From positions 1,557-65,556 of the forward strand of contig CACNNQ010000005.1 of NCBI GenBank assembly GCA_902621855.1: a DNA stretch of 64,000 nucleotides. Direction: 5' to 3'. Numbering within the stretch: the stretch's first letter is position 1; each line of letters opens with the position of its first letter. Below are positions 48,133-57,761 of the stretch, one piece after another. The notes under the pieces are model-generated. The model was not told where the DNA came from. It saw only the letters and a list, made by a program, of their open reading frames with translations, and did no database searches. The position numbers and the translations under genes are program-made. The DNA is from an uncultured Alphaproteobacteria bacterium (lineage in GTDB: Bacteria; Pseudomonadota; Alphaproteobacteria; HIMB59; GCA-002718135).

Positions 48133-50367
48133 ATGAATATTAAAAAAGTAGTAGTAATAGGATCTGGCACTATGGGTAGTGGAATTGCTGCCCAAATAGC
48201 AAATGCTGGTATTGATGTTACAATTTTAGACTTACCTTCGAAAGAAGGGTCTAGAAACCAAATTACAGAAAATGCCAAAGAAAGAATTAAAAAATCACGA
48301 CCCCCACTTTTAGTAGAAGATAACAAGGCAGAATTAATTAAGGTTGGAAATATTGAAGATGACTTTAATGAAGTTGCGGAAGCTGACTGGGTTGTGGAGG
48401 CTGTAGTTGAGAGAATAGATATTAAACATAAAATTTATGATAAAATTCAGACTACAAGAAAGAACAATTCAATAATTTCATCTAATACATCTACAATCCC
48501 ATTAAAAATTTTATCAGCAAATATGTCAGATGAAATGAAAAAAAATTTTTGTATTACCCATTTTTTTAACCCAGTTCGTTATATGGCATTGCTTGAGATT
48601 GTAACTGAAGAAGTTAATGACATTGAAAAAATAAATTTATTAAAACAATTTTGTGATGAAAAACTTGGTAAAGGTGTAATTATTTGTAATGATACTCCAG
48701 GATTCATCGGAAACAGAATTGGAGTTTATGCAATGCAAGTTGCTATGACTGAAGCTTTTAAAATGAATATATCAATTGAAGAAGCTGATGCAGTATTTGG
48801 AAGACCAATGGGTATCCCAAAGACTGGAATTTTTGGGCTATACGATTTAATTGGTATCGATTTGATGGCTGATGTTTTAAAAAGTTTTATCAAAGAACTC
48901 CCAAAAGAAGATCCTTTCCACGAGGTTGCTCAAGAAATTCCATTGGTCACAAAACTTATTGAAACTGGGTATACAGGAAGAAAAGGTAAGGGTGGTTTTT
49001 ATAGAATGAATAAATCTGATGGAAAAAAAATTCTTGAAGCTATTAATTTAGAAACTGGTGAGTATCACCCAAGTCAGAAAATTAATTTAGGCATTGGAGA
49101 TAAAATTGATATAAATAAACTCATTCACAGAAAAGATAAATATGGTGAATACGCAAAATCAATTCTGACAAAAGTAATTAGGTATGCTGCATATTTAATC
49201 CCTGATGTATCATCAAAATATATAGACATAGATGATGCACTAAGATTAGGTTTTAATTGGACTATTGGCCCTTTTGAAATGCTTTCAAATATTGATACAA
49301 AAAATTTTATTGATCAAAATACTGATATTAGCTTCTTTAGAGATTTAACGGGAATTTTTGAATTTAATAAAAGACCTGGATATTTAGATTCAAGTATTGA
49401 TAATTTAAGATCATTAAATTTACAAAAAACTTTTGAGAACCCTTCTGCTAATATTAAAAATGCTTCATCCTATCAGGTTGTTGAATTTACTACTAAGGCA
49501 AACGCTTTAGATACTGACTCTATGTTAGCTTTAAAAGAAGCAGCACAAAATAATAAAAGCACAATCGTAATTAATGATGCAATGCAGTTTTCTGCTGGTG
49601 TAAATCTAAATTATGTCATGGAATTTGCTAAAAATAATGAATGGTCTAAAATTGAAAAATTTATAATTGATTTCCAACAAACGTGTAAAACAATAAAATA
49701 TGCAGATAAGCCTTTTATTGCTGCGCCATCAGGGCTTGCTATAGGCGGTGGTTTTGAAGTGGTATTGCATTGTGATTATAATGTTGCTCATACAAATGTT
49801 GTTCTTGGACTAGTTGAATCTTTAGTTGGACTAATTCCTGCTGGTGGGGGTTGTAAGGAAATGTTGTGGCGTTGGTTACAAACTCCTGAAGGTAAAGAAA
49901 ATTCTGAACATGCGTCTATGAAAGTTTTTGATCTAATCGGTTATGCAATCACCGCTACTTCACCAAATGAAGCGCTCCCAAATCAATTCTTTTTAGAAAA
50001 AGATAAGGTAGTAATAAATAGAGACAGACAATTATCAACAGCTATCGATTTATTAAATACTATAGAGGGTGGATATGCAAAACCATCTAAACCTAAATTC
50101 AATTTAGGGGGTAGCGCTGTAAGAGATAAAATGTTCGAAAAACTTGAAGCACTATATAATGAAAATAAAATTTTAGACCACGGATTAGAAGTAGGTAAGC
50201 AAATTGCTTTTGTACTTAGTGGTGGAGATACAAATATTGATAATGAACTAAATGAAGATGATCTTTATAATCTTGAATTAGAAGCTTTCATGAGACTTAT
50301 CCAGATGCCTAAAACTCAAGAGCGAATAAAACATACACTTGAAACTGGAAAACCATTAGTAAATTAA
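48133..50367 (+). CDS. FadN-like 3-hydroxyacyl-CoA dehydrogenase / enoyl-CoA hydratase fusion
   Basis: 744 aa with an N-terminal NAD fold VVVIGSGTMGSGIA and a 3HCDH region. A crotonase-like region lies in the C-terminal half (APSGLAIGGGFEV). Confidence 0.85.
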   Translation: MNIKKVVVIGSGTMGSGIAAQIANAGIDVTILDLPSKEGSRNQITENAKERIKKSRPPLLVEDNKAELIKVGNIEDDFNEVAEADWVVEAVVERIDIKHKIYDKIQTTRKNNSIISSNTSTIPLKILSANMSDEMKKNFCITHFFNPVRYMALLEIVTEEVNDIEKINLLKQFCDEKLGKGVIICNDTPGFIGNRIGVYAMQVAMTEAFKMNISIEEADAVFGRPMGIPKTGIFGLYDLIGIDLMADVLKSFIKELPKEDPFHEVAQEIPLVTKLIETGYTGRKGKGGFYRMNKSDGKKILEAINLETGEYHPSQKINLGIGDKIDINKLIHRKDKYGEYAKSILTKVIRYAAYLIPDVSSKYIDIDDALRLGFNWTIGPFEMLSNIDTKNFIDQNTDISFFRDLTGIFEFNKRPGYLDSSIDNLRSLNLQKTFENPSANIKNASSYQVVEFTTKANALDTDSMLALKEAAQNNKSTIVINDAMQFSAGVNLNYVMEFAKNNEWSKIEKFIIDFQQTCKTIKYADKPFIAAPSGLAIGGGFEVVLHCDYNVAHTNVVLGLVESLVGLIPAGGGCKEMLWRWLQTPEGKENSEHASMKVFDLIGYAITATSPNEALPNQFFLEKDKVVINRDRQLSTAIDLLNTIEGGYAKPSKPKFNLGGSAVRDKMFEKLEALYNENKILDHGLEVGKQIAFVLSGGDTNIDNELNEDDLYNLELEAFMRLIQMPKTQERIKHTLETGKPLVN

Positions 50368-50405
50368 ATTAATTTCTTGTAGTATTTGATCCTTTTAGGA
50401 AACAG

Positions 50406-52037
50406 ATGAGTAATTTTGATACAAACCTAGATAAAAATTCAGCCAATTTTGTTCCACTATCACCATTAAGTTTTATAACTCGCGTGAAAGATATTTATCC
50501 AAACTATGACTCATTAGTTTATGGAAAAAGAAGTTACACTTGGCTTGAAACCTATAATCGATGTACCAAGTTTGCTAGTGCATTAGCAAAAAAAGGAATT
50601 ACAAAAGGAAGTACCGTTTCAATCATAGCGGCAAATACTCCAGAATTATTTGAAGCACATTATTCTATCCCAATGACTGGTGGCGTTATTAATACGATCA
50701 ATACCAGACTTGATGCAGAAACAATTGCGTATATTCTAGATCATAGTGATGCAAAACTTCTTATAACTGATACTCAATTTTCACCTACAATGAAAAAAGC
50801 ATTACAAATATATGGAAAAGATATTCCTATTATTGACATTCATGATGATCAGGCAGTTTTTAAAGATGGTGAAGGAGAAAAAATTGGAGAAATGACATAT
50901 GAAGAATTTTTACAAACGGGTGATGACAATTATAATTGGTCCTTACCTGAAGATGAATGGCAAGCAATCTCACTAAGCTATACATCAGGCACAACAGGTA
51001 AACCAAAAGGTGTTGTGTATCACCACCGTGGATCATATTTAATGTCTACAGGAAGTGTTACGGCATGGAACATGCCTAATAAATTAACATTTCTTTATAC
51101 TGTTCCAATGTTCCACTGTAACGGATGGGGCTACCCTTGGACAGCCGCTTTAATACATGCAAAGATTATTTGCTGCAGGTACATTGTTGCAAAAGATATT
51201 TATAATTTAATAGATAAATACAAAGTAACTCATTTTGGAGGTGCTCCTATAGTTTTAAGTTTAATTGCTAATGCTGATGAAAAAGATAAAAAAGAAATAA
51301 ATCATAAAGTATATGTATTAACTGCTGGTGCTCCACCAACGAGTGCAATTCTTGAAAAGATGGATAACTTAGGTTTTGAAGTTATGCATGTTTATGGGCT
51401 AACCGAAACATACGGCCATATTCTTCAATGTGCTTGGAATGAAGAATGGGAATCACAATCAAATCCTGAAAAAGCTGATATTAAAGCAAGACAAGGTGTT
51501 CGTTATCCAAATACTGAAGAAGTTTGTGTTGCAGATCCAGAGACTTATGAGAAAGTTCCGATGGATGGAGAAACCATGGGAGAGATTTTAATTCGAGGTA
51601 ATGTTGTAATGAAAGGATATTATAAAAATAAAGAGGCAACTGAAACATCTATGAAAAAGGGATGGTTTCACTCTGGTGATTTAGCCGTTGTCTATCCTGA
51701 CGGATACATTCAAATAAAAGATAGATCAAAAGATATTATTATTTCGGGTGGAGAAAACATTTCATCTGTGGAAGTGGAAAACGTTGTTGCAAAACACCCA
51801 GCAGTTTCCTTGGTTGCAGTAGTCGCGAAACCAGATGAAAAATGGGGTGAAACTCCTTGTGCTTTTGTAGAATTAGTACCTGGAAAAAATGCCACAGAAG
51901 ACGATATAATTCAGTTTTGTAAAGAAAATATGGCTGGATTTAAAAGACCAAAGCATGTAATCTTTGGTGAATTACCAAAAACTTCAACTGGGAAGATACA
52001 AAAATTTGAATTAAGAGCAAAAGCAAAGGAGTTATAA
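50406..52037 (+). CDS. AMP-dependent acyl-CoA synthetase/ligase (short/medium-chain type)
   Basis: 543 aa with the AMP-binding motif YTSGTTGKPKGV, a GLTET segment, and GWFHSGD...DRSKDIIISGGENIS. Confidence 0.9.
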   Translation: MSNFDTNLDKNSANFVPLSPLSFITRVKDIYPNYDSLVYGKRSYTWLETYNRCTKFASALAKKGITKGSTVSIIAANTPELFEAHYSIPMTGGVINTINTRLDAETIAYILDHSDAKLLITDTQFSPTMKKALQIYGKDIPIIDIHDDQAVFKDGEGEKIGEMTYEEFLQTGDDNYNWSLPEDEWQAISLSYTSGTTGKPKGVVYHHRGSYLMSTGSVTAWNMPNKLTFLYTVPMFHCNGWGYPWTAALIHAKIICCRYIVAKDIYNLIDKYKVTHFGGAPIVLSLIANADEKDKKEINHKVYVLTAGAPPTSAILEKMDNLGFEVMHVYGLTETYGHILQCAWNEEWESQSNPEKADIKARQGVRYPNTEEVCVADPETYEKVPMDGETMGEILIRGNVVMKGYYKNKEATETSMKKGWFHSGDLAVVYPDGYIQIKDRSKDIIISGGENISSVEVENVVAKHPAVSLVAVVAKPDEKWGETPCAFVELVPGKNATEDDIIQFCKENMAGFKRPKHVIFGELPKTSTGKIQKFELRAKAKEL

Positions 52038-53348
52038 ATGGATCCAAAAACTTATAAATTTGACACACTAAGTCTACATGCTGGCTATCAACCAAGTAAA
52101 AATGCTGGGTCAAGGCAAATACCAATTTATCAAACTACTTCATATATGTTTGATGATGTTGATCATGCTGCAGCACTTTTTAATTTAGAGAGAGGTGGTC
52201 ACATTTATAGTCGTATGTCTAATCCGACTGTTCAAGTTCTAGAGGAAAGAGTTTGTGCATTAGAAGGTGGAACAGCTGCTCTTGCAACTGCTTCTGGAAT
52301 GAGTGCAATATTCTTAACTATTATGACTTTGTGTAATGCCGGTGATCATATGGTTGTATCTTCACAATTATATGGCGGTACAGTAAATTTATTTAGATTA
52401 ACACTTCCTAAGTTTGGTATTAAAACAACTTTTGTAAAACCAAGAGATACCGAAGGTTTCAAAAAAGCTATTCAACCAAATACAAAAGGTATTTTTGGTG
52501 AACTTGTTGGTAATCCAGGCAATGAATTAATGAACATGCCAGAGGTTTCTAAAATAGCAAAAGAAGCAGGTATCCCCCTAATCATTGATAGCACTTATCA
52601 AACTCCTTATTTGTGTAGACCTTTTGAACACGGAGCTGACCTTGTTGTGCACTCACTAACTAAATGGATGAGTGGTAATGGTTCTTCAATGGCAGGTATA
52701 TTAGTAGAAGGTGGAACATTTGATTGGATGCAAAATGATAAATTTCCTTCTATGACTGAACCGTATGAAGGCTATCATGGATTATCATTTGCAGAAGAAT
52801 TTGGTCCAACAGCTTTTACCATGATGGCAAGAGCTGAAGGAATGAGAGATATGGGACCATGCTTAGCCCCACAAAATGCATGGAATATTTTACATGGTAT
52901 AGAAACTCTCTCTCTACGTATGGAAAAGCATTGTTCCAATGCTTTGAAAATGGTTGATTACTTATCTAATCACGAGAGCGTTGCGTGGGTTTCACATGCT
53001 AGCGCGCCAGGGCATCCAGATAAGGAACTTGCTGAAAAAATTCTACCTAAGGGTACTGGCTCAATGATTGCGTTTGGAATTAAAGGTGGAAAGGAAGCTG
53101 GAGCTGCATTTATTAATAATGTTAAACTTGCATCACATTTAGCAAATGTTGGCGATGCAAGAACTCTAGTTATTCATCCGGCATCTGCAACGCACTCTCA
53201 AATGGATGAGGCAACTCTTAAATTTGCAGGATTATCCCACGACATGATTAGACTTTCTGTTGGTTTAGAAGATTTTGAAGATATTGTTAACGATTTTGAA
53301 GATGGATTTAGAGCTGCAAAAAAACCTCGTTTAGTTGCAAACAAATAA
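52038..53348 (+). CDS. metY: O-acetylhomoserine sulfhydrylase
   Basis: 436 aa, Cys/Met-metabolism PLP enzyme, with the PLP lysine in HSLTKWMSGNG. The start codon directly follows the ligase stop. Confidence 0.93.
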   Translation: MDPKTYKFDTLSLHAGYQPSKNAGSRQIPIYQTTSYMFDDVDHAAALFNLERGGHIYSRMSNPTVQVLEERVCALEGGTAALATASGMSAIFLTIMTLCNAGDHMVVSSQLYGGTVNLFRLTLPKFGIKTTFVKPRDTEGFKKAIQPNTKGIFGELVGNPGNELMNMPEVSKIAKEAGIPLIIDSTYQTPYLCRPFEHGADLVVHSLTKWMSGNGSSMAGILVEGGTFDWMQNDKFPSMTEPYEGYHGLSFAEEFGPTAFTMMARAEGMRDMGPCLAPQNAWNILHGIETLSLRMEKHCSNALKMVDYLSNHESVAWVSHASAPGHPDKELAEKILPKGTGSMIAFGIKGGKEAGAAFINNVKLASHLANVGDARTLVIHPASATHSQMDEATLKFAGLSHDMIRLSVGLEDFEDIVNDFEDGFRAAKKPRLVANK

Positions 53349-54161
53349 ATGAAATTTAAAGTCAGAGGAATTGATACGTTTGCCTCCACTGGAGGCAGGC
53401 CCTTTGACAAAAACAAACCGCTAATTGTTTTCGTCCACGGTAGTGGTCTTAGTCATATGGTATGGGTTCTTCAAACAAGGTATTTTGCATTTCGAGGATA
53501 CAGTGTTTTAGCAGTTGATCTGCCAGGTCATGGTTTATCATCTGGTGAAAGTTTAAAAACAATTGAGGAAATGGGTAATTGGGTTGGTGATGCAATAGAA
53601 GCAGTTGGATGCAAGCAAGCGTCACTTGTAGGCCACTCTCAAGGTTGTCTAGTAACAATGGAATGTGTTGCACAACATTCTAAAAAAATTAAAACATTGA
53701 CTCTTATGGGCGGGGCTTCAGCAATTCCGATGAATCCAGAATTACTAAGTTTAGCAGAAGAGAGTAACCCTAAAGCTGTAGATTTAATGATGGATTTTGC
53801 ACATGGACCAGCTGGACATTTTGGAGGTCACCCTGTTCCAGGATTATACCATTTAAATGTTGGATCTATGATCGTTCAAAATAAAGAAATCAAAGATACT
53901 TTGGGGGTAGATTTTAGAGCTTGCGATAATTATAAAAATGGACCAGAGATTGCAAAAAATTTAAATTTACCAACTCTTTCAATTCTAGGTGCGCAAGATA
54001 GAATGTGTCGTTTAAAAGACGGAAAAATTCTTGCTGACTATATCAAAGGATCAGAAGTTCACGTAATTGAAAATTGTGGTCACATGATGCTTCTTGAAGA
54101 AGCTGATCAAACTCTGGAAATTCTTAAAAAATTTATTCTAAAAAATGATCCAATTAAATAA
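53349..54161 (+). CDS. alpha/beta hydrolase
   Basis: 270 aa with HGSG, the nucleophile GHSQGC and a late GHM histidine. The start directly follows the metY stop. Confidence 0.8.
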   Translation: MKFKVRGIDTFASTGGRPFDKNKPLIVFVHGSGLSHMVWVLQTRYFAFRGYSVLAVDLPGHGLSSGESLKTIEEMGNWVGDAIEAVGCKQASLVGHSQGCLVTMECVAQHSKKIKTLTLMGGASAIPMNPELLSLAEESNPKAVDLMMDFAHGPAGHFGGHPVPGLYHLNVGSMIVQNKEIKDTLGVDFRACDNYKNGPEIAKNLNLPTLSILGAQDRMCRLKDGKILADYIKGSEVHVIENCGHMMLLEEADQTLEILKKFILKNDPIK

Positions 54162-54166
54162 AATAA

Positions 54167-54349
54167 TTATTTAGTATTTGGATTATCTGGTCTTGTAAGT
54201 TCTTCTAACTTACGCATTTCTTCTTCTTGTTTTAATCTTTCTTGTTCTTCACGCTTTTTTTTACGCTCCTCAGCCTTCATTTTGAGCTTGAGTTCTTTTT
54301 GCATTTTTCGGTCTCCAGCTCTTGATTTATGATTGAAATGAATACCCAT
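54167..54349 (-). CDS. small Lys/Glu-rich hypothetical protein
   Basis: A 60-aa ORF, strongly charged and probably helical (KELKLKMKAEERKKKREEQERLKQEEEMRKLEE). It fits tightly between its neighbours. Low complexity makes coding status uncertain. Confidence 0.4.
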   Translation of the reverse strand: MGIHFNHKSRAGDRKMQKELKLKMKAEERKKKREEQERLKQEEEMRKLEELTRPDNPNTK

Positions 54350-54398
54350 AATTAAACATATATACTAAATATTAGAGAATTTTTCTAGACTCTAAATT

Positions 54399-54593
54399 CT
54401 AATTTCTTGCTAGCCAAACTATGATTACAAAAACAAATATAGCTATAGCTTGAAAAAGTACTCTTAATCTCATTAATTTATTACTATGGTTTTTATTTAA
54501 CTTACTATTTACTGCCATTGCAATAACACCAATAACTACTATTGCTAGCGTAGCAGCCATAAAAAGAACAAGAATTATTTGCATAGATCCCAT
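54399..54593 (-). CDS. twin transmembrane helix small protein (HIG1-domain)
   Basis: 64 aa with two transmembrane helices joined by a basic loop and an SNKLMRLRVLFQ segment, as in the alphaproteobacterial HIG1-type family. Confidence 0.7.
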   Translation of the reverse strand: MGSMQIILVLFMAATLAIVVIGVIAMAVNSKLNKNHSNKLMRLRVLFQAIAIFVFVIIVWLARN

Positions 54594-54622
54594 TAATTAT
54601 ATGTATATAAAACTTTTCTTGA

Positions 54623-55327
54623 ATGAAACAAGAATTCATACATAAGGAATTTATGGATAATATTCTATCGGGCCCATCTATATCAAAGCATGATAAACCT
54701 AAAAAATTAATGATAATGCTCCACGGATATGGAGATAATGCAGCAAATTTTATTTATTTAGCAGAGCCTTTAGATCAGGATGAATGGGGTATGCACTACG
54801 TAGCTTTAAATGCACCAAATATAATGCCAGGAAATCCAATGGGATATCAATGGTTTGATTTATATATTAATGGGGTTTACATTTCTGATGCTGGTCCTAA
54901 AGAATACAAAATAATAGATGAAGTAATTACTGCAAACGTCACAAAAATTAAAAACACAATTGATATAATTTTACAAAATATGAAATTAAGTATGAATGAT
55001 TGTTTCATTATGGGTTTTTCCCAAGGCGGTATAATGGCCTTTGAATTAGGAAGATCCCTGACAGAAACATTAGGAGGAGTTGCAATTATATCCTCTAGAA
55101 TAATCAAAAGAGAAATGGATTCTAATACCTTTTTTCAAAGAACTCCCATTTTTATATCTCATGGTGGTAAGGATGATATTTTACCAATCTCCAATTATTA
55201 TCAATCTTTAGAAATTTTAGATAAACAAAATTTTCACTATGAATCCCATTTAATTGAAGAAGATACCCACACCATGTCACCAGAAACAATAAAATTGTTT
55301 CAAAAATTTGTTAAAAATAATATTTAA
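54623..55327 (+). CDS. phospholipase/carboxylesterase-family hydrolase
   Basis: 234 aa with LHGYGDN, the nucleophile GFSQGG, and late D and H residues. Confidence 0.82.
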   Translation: MKQEFIHKEFMDNILSGPSISKHDKPKKLMIMLHGYGDNAANFIYLAEPLDQDEWGMHYVALNAPNIMPGNPMGYQWFDLYINGVYISDAGPKEYKIIDEVITANVTKIKNTIDIILQNMKLSMNDCFIMGFSQGGIMAFELGRSLTETLGGVAIISSRIIKREMDSNTFFQRTPIFISHGGKDDILPISNYYQSLEILDKQNFHYESHLIEEDTHTMSPETIKLFQKFVKNNI

Positions 55328-55391
55328 TGTAATCGAATCATAATAATATAGTACTATCTAAATATTATGACCTGGGTAAGTAGAAACTAAA

Positions 55392-55946
55392 ATGAGTTCA
55401 GTCCAAAATCCAGCACTGGTACTTAATGCAGATTTTAGACCTCTATCTTACTATCCTCTTTCACTTTGCTCTTGGCAAGATGCAATAAAGGCAGTTTTTC
55501 TCGATAGAGTGTCAGTTATTGAAAGGTATGATAAAGAAGTTCATTCACCAAATCTAACTTTTAAGCTTCCTAGCGTAATTGCTCTAAAAGATTACATTAC
55601 TCCACAAAGACAACCAGCTTTTACAAGATTTAATGTTTTTTTAAGAGATAACTTTACATGTCAATATTGCACAGGTCGTTTTCCAGCTAGTGAACTTACT
55701 TTTGACCATTTAATACCCAAGTGTTTGAATGGGAAGACTACTTGGGAAAATGTTGTATCTGCATGTACTTCGTGTAATCTGAAAAAAGGACGCAAACTTA
55801 TTCAATATACAGATATGAAGTTATTCAAAAAACCTCTAAGACCAACATCAATGCAACTTCAAAATAATGGAAGAAATTTTCCACCAAACTTTCTTCATGA
55901 GACGTGGAGAGATTATCTATATTGGGATACTGAACTAGAAAATTAA
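55392..55946 (+). CDS. HNH endonuclease family protein
   Basis: 184 aa with CQYC...DHLIP...WEN..SAC..CNLKKG, the HNH zinc-finger nuclease motif. Confidence 0.85.
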   Translation: MSSVQNPALVLNADFRPLSYYPLSLCSWQDAIKAVFLDRVSVIERYDKEVHSPNLTFKLPSVIALKDYITPQRQPAFTRFNVFLRDNFTCQYCTGRFPASELTFDHLIPKCLNGKTTWENVVSACTSCNLKKGRKLIQYTDMKLFKKPLRPTSMQLQNNGRNFPPNFLHETWRDYLYWDTELEN

Positions 55947-56512
55947 ACTTTTTTTGAAATAGCTATTGCAGTTTTACACCCAAGTTCAATAACTTTTGAC
56001 ATAACTTTATAACCTGGTGCATTTTCTGCATCATGCTCTATTCCAATATCATGGTGTTCTAGCTCATCATCTCGAAATTTAGAAATTGTTTTTTTTAAAT
56101 CTCTGTGATCATCCCCTAAAAGATTTAATTGTTCTTGATAATGTTCACCAATAACTTTTTCGACGGCAACTGTACAAGCCATCGCAGCTTTTTCACCCAT
56201 CAAAGCAGTAGAAGCTCCAAGAGCAAAACCAGCAATATTCCATAGTGGAAGTAAAGCGGTTGGTCTAACACGATGTTCTAATATTAATTCATTAAACTTT
56301 TCTATGTGTTCTTGCTCCTGATCAGCCATATGCTGAATTGTTTTGCCAAGCTTTGAGTTTTTTCCAAATATTGCAATTTGACCATCGTAAATTTTGGTGG
56401 CACCATATTCACCAGCATGATCGACTCTTATAATTTCTTCTAAAACTTCTCTATTAGTTATTTTATTTGAAGAAGAATTTTTTTTAGATGTTTTTTTCTT
56501 TTTTGAAGCCAT
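55943..56512 (-). CDS. coq7: demethoxyubiquinone hydroxylase (Coq7 family)
   Basis: Di-iron carboxylate protein with RVDHAGEYGATKIYDGQ and later E..H repeats. Both ATG 56512 and ATG 56536 are possible starts, and both overlap the dsbB-like gene end. Confidence 0.88.
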   Translation of the reverse strand: MASKKKKTSKKNSSSNKITNREVLEEIIRVDHAGEYGATKIYDGQIAIFGKNSKLGKTIQHMADQEQEHIEKFNELILEHRVRPTALLPLWNIAGFALGASTALMGEKAAMACTVAVEKVIGEHYQEQLNLLGDDHRDLKKTISKFRDDELEHHDIGIEHDAENAPGYKVMSKVIELGCKTAIAISKKV

Positions 56513-56978
56513 AATTTTTGTATAAATAGATAGCATTAAAAATAAAAATAACTAGTAAAACAAGTGTATTAATTGAAGCAGCAGAAATTCCAAAAAAACT
56601 CCAAATAACTTCATCGCAACTGATTACTTGCTTTGATAATATTTGTTCTTTAAGGTCTGAAGCGCTCTCACTGTTTGTTAACATTGCAGTACAACCCGCT
56701 GGTCCTTTAAGAATTTTATTTTCAACTCCAACATGCCATACAGAGTAAAAAAGTCCATAAATTGATGCAGATTGAATTATAAAATAAAACCAAATTTTAT
56801 TTAAATTTTTCAACAGAAATATGAAAACCAAACATATTAAAATTAAGTAGTATGGATGTCTTTGCTTTAAACATAATTCACAAGGTTGAAGATTAAAGAA
56901 ATATTCCGCAATTAATGCTAATGATATTGAGATAACGGAAATTATAAATAAAAGAACTGTCCAGTATCGAATAATCAT
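56484..56978 (-). CDS. dsbB: disulfide bond formation protein DsbB family
   Basis: 164 aa with four transmembrane helices and a CELCLKQR motif in the first periplasmic loop. A second Cys pair lies later. Confidence 0.8.
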   Translation of the reverse strand: MIIRYWTVLLFIISVISISLALIAEYFFNLQPCELCLKQRHPYYLILICLVFIFLLKNLNKIWFYFIIQSASIYGLFYSVWHVGVENKILKGPAGCTAMLTNSESASDLKEQILSKQVISCDEVIWSFFGISAASINTLVLLVIFIFNAIYLYKNYGFKKEKNI

Positions 56979-57559
56979 AAATACCTAATTATAAACACAC
57001 TTCCAACGAGTAAAATAAAAAACGTAACCGTTAAAAAATTAAAATATCTATCAATAATTAACCTTATTTTTTCACCAAAAAAATAAAGAAGTATTGCTAT
57101 CAAATAAAATCTTAATCCTCGACCTATAATAGAAACGATAGCAAATAAAAAAATATTTAATCCAAATACGCCACTTGCAATTGTAATAAATTTATATGGA
57201 AACGGAGTTATACCAGCACCTAAAACAATTAAAATACCAAATTCTTTGTAGTAATTTTCAAAAATATTAAAAGAATTTTCCAAATGATAAAGCTCAACAA
57301 TATAAACACCTAATGAGTTATAAAAAAAATATCCTATTACATATCCAAGAATTCCACCAAGAACAGAAAAGAGAGTGCAGATAAAAGCATAAAATAAAGC
57401 TTTTGCTTTTGAAGCTAATGCCATTGGTATTAGAAGTATGTCAGGTGGAATTGGAAAAAATGAACTCTCTGCAAAAGATATAAAGCCTAAATACCACTTA
57501 GCATTTTTATGTTCAGCTTTTTTTAATGTCCAATTGTAAATATTTTTAAGAAAATTCAT
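56975..57559 (-). CDS. DedA/YqaA-family membrane protein
   Basis: Polytopic membrane protein with an ESSFFPIPPD motif. The ATG at 57559 (MNFLKNIY) is used because the longer track ORF would run through tRNA-Leu. Confidence 0.8.
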   Translation of the reverse strand: MNFLKNIYNWTLKKAEHKNAKWYLGFISFAESSFFPIPPDILLIPMALASKAKALFYAFICTLFSVLGGILGYVIGYFFYNSLGVYIVELYHLENSFNIFENYYKEFGILIVLGAGITPFPYKFITIASGVFGLNIFLFAIVSIIGRGLRFYLIAILLYFFGEKIRLIIDRYFNFLTVTFFILLVGSVFIIRYL

Positions 57560-57571
57560 TATAATTAATAC

Positions 57572-57656
57572 TGGTAGGAGTAGAGGGAATCGAACCCACA
57601 CCACCGAAGTGACCGGATTTTGAATCCGGCGCGTCTACCAGTTCCGCCATACTCCC
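57572..57656 (-). tRNA. tRNA-Leu, anticodon CAA
   Basis: The 85-nt reverse complement is GGGAGUAUGGCGGAACUGGUAGACGCGCCGGAUUCAAAAUCCGGUCACUUCGGUGGUGUGGGUUCGAUUCCCUCUACUCCUACCA. It has a Leu-type D arm, a long variable arm and a UUCGAUU T loop. G1-U72 and one U-U mismatch in the T stem are noted. Confidence 0.85.
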
Positions 57657-57761
57657 ATATTATTTTTCTTATTATTAATTGGTTTTTTACTTTAAGTCTA
57701 TGAGATTGAATTAATAAATCATAGACATAAAGCGTTGCAAAAGCATTTTAATTTAATCTTA

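Noticed and set aside
57560-57604. N-terminal extension of the YqaA/DedA ORF (track start 57604)
   Set aside because: The extension runs through the 3' half of tRNA-Leu (57572-57656). The internal ATG at 57559 gives a normal family N-terminus.
57700-57728. Inverted repeat TCTATGA(15 nt)TCATAGA downstream of the 200-aa hypothetical gene, considered as a terminator
   Set aside because: The stem is a short AT-rich 7 bp with a large loop and no U-tract after it on the transcribed strand. It is not distinguishable from chance.
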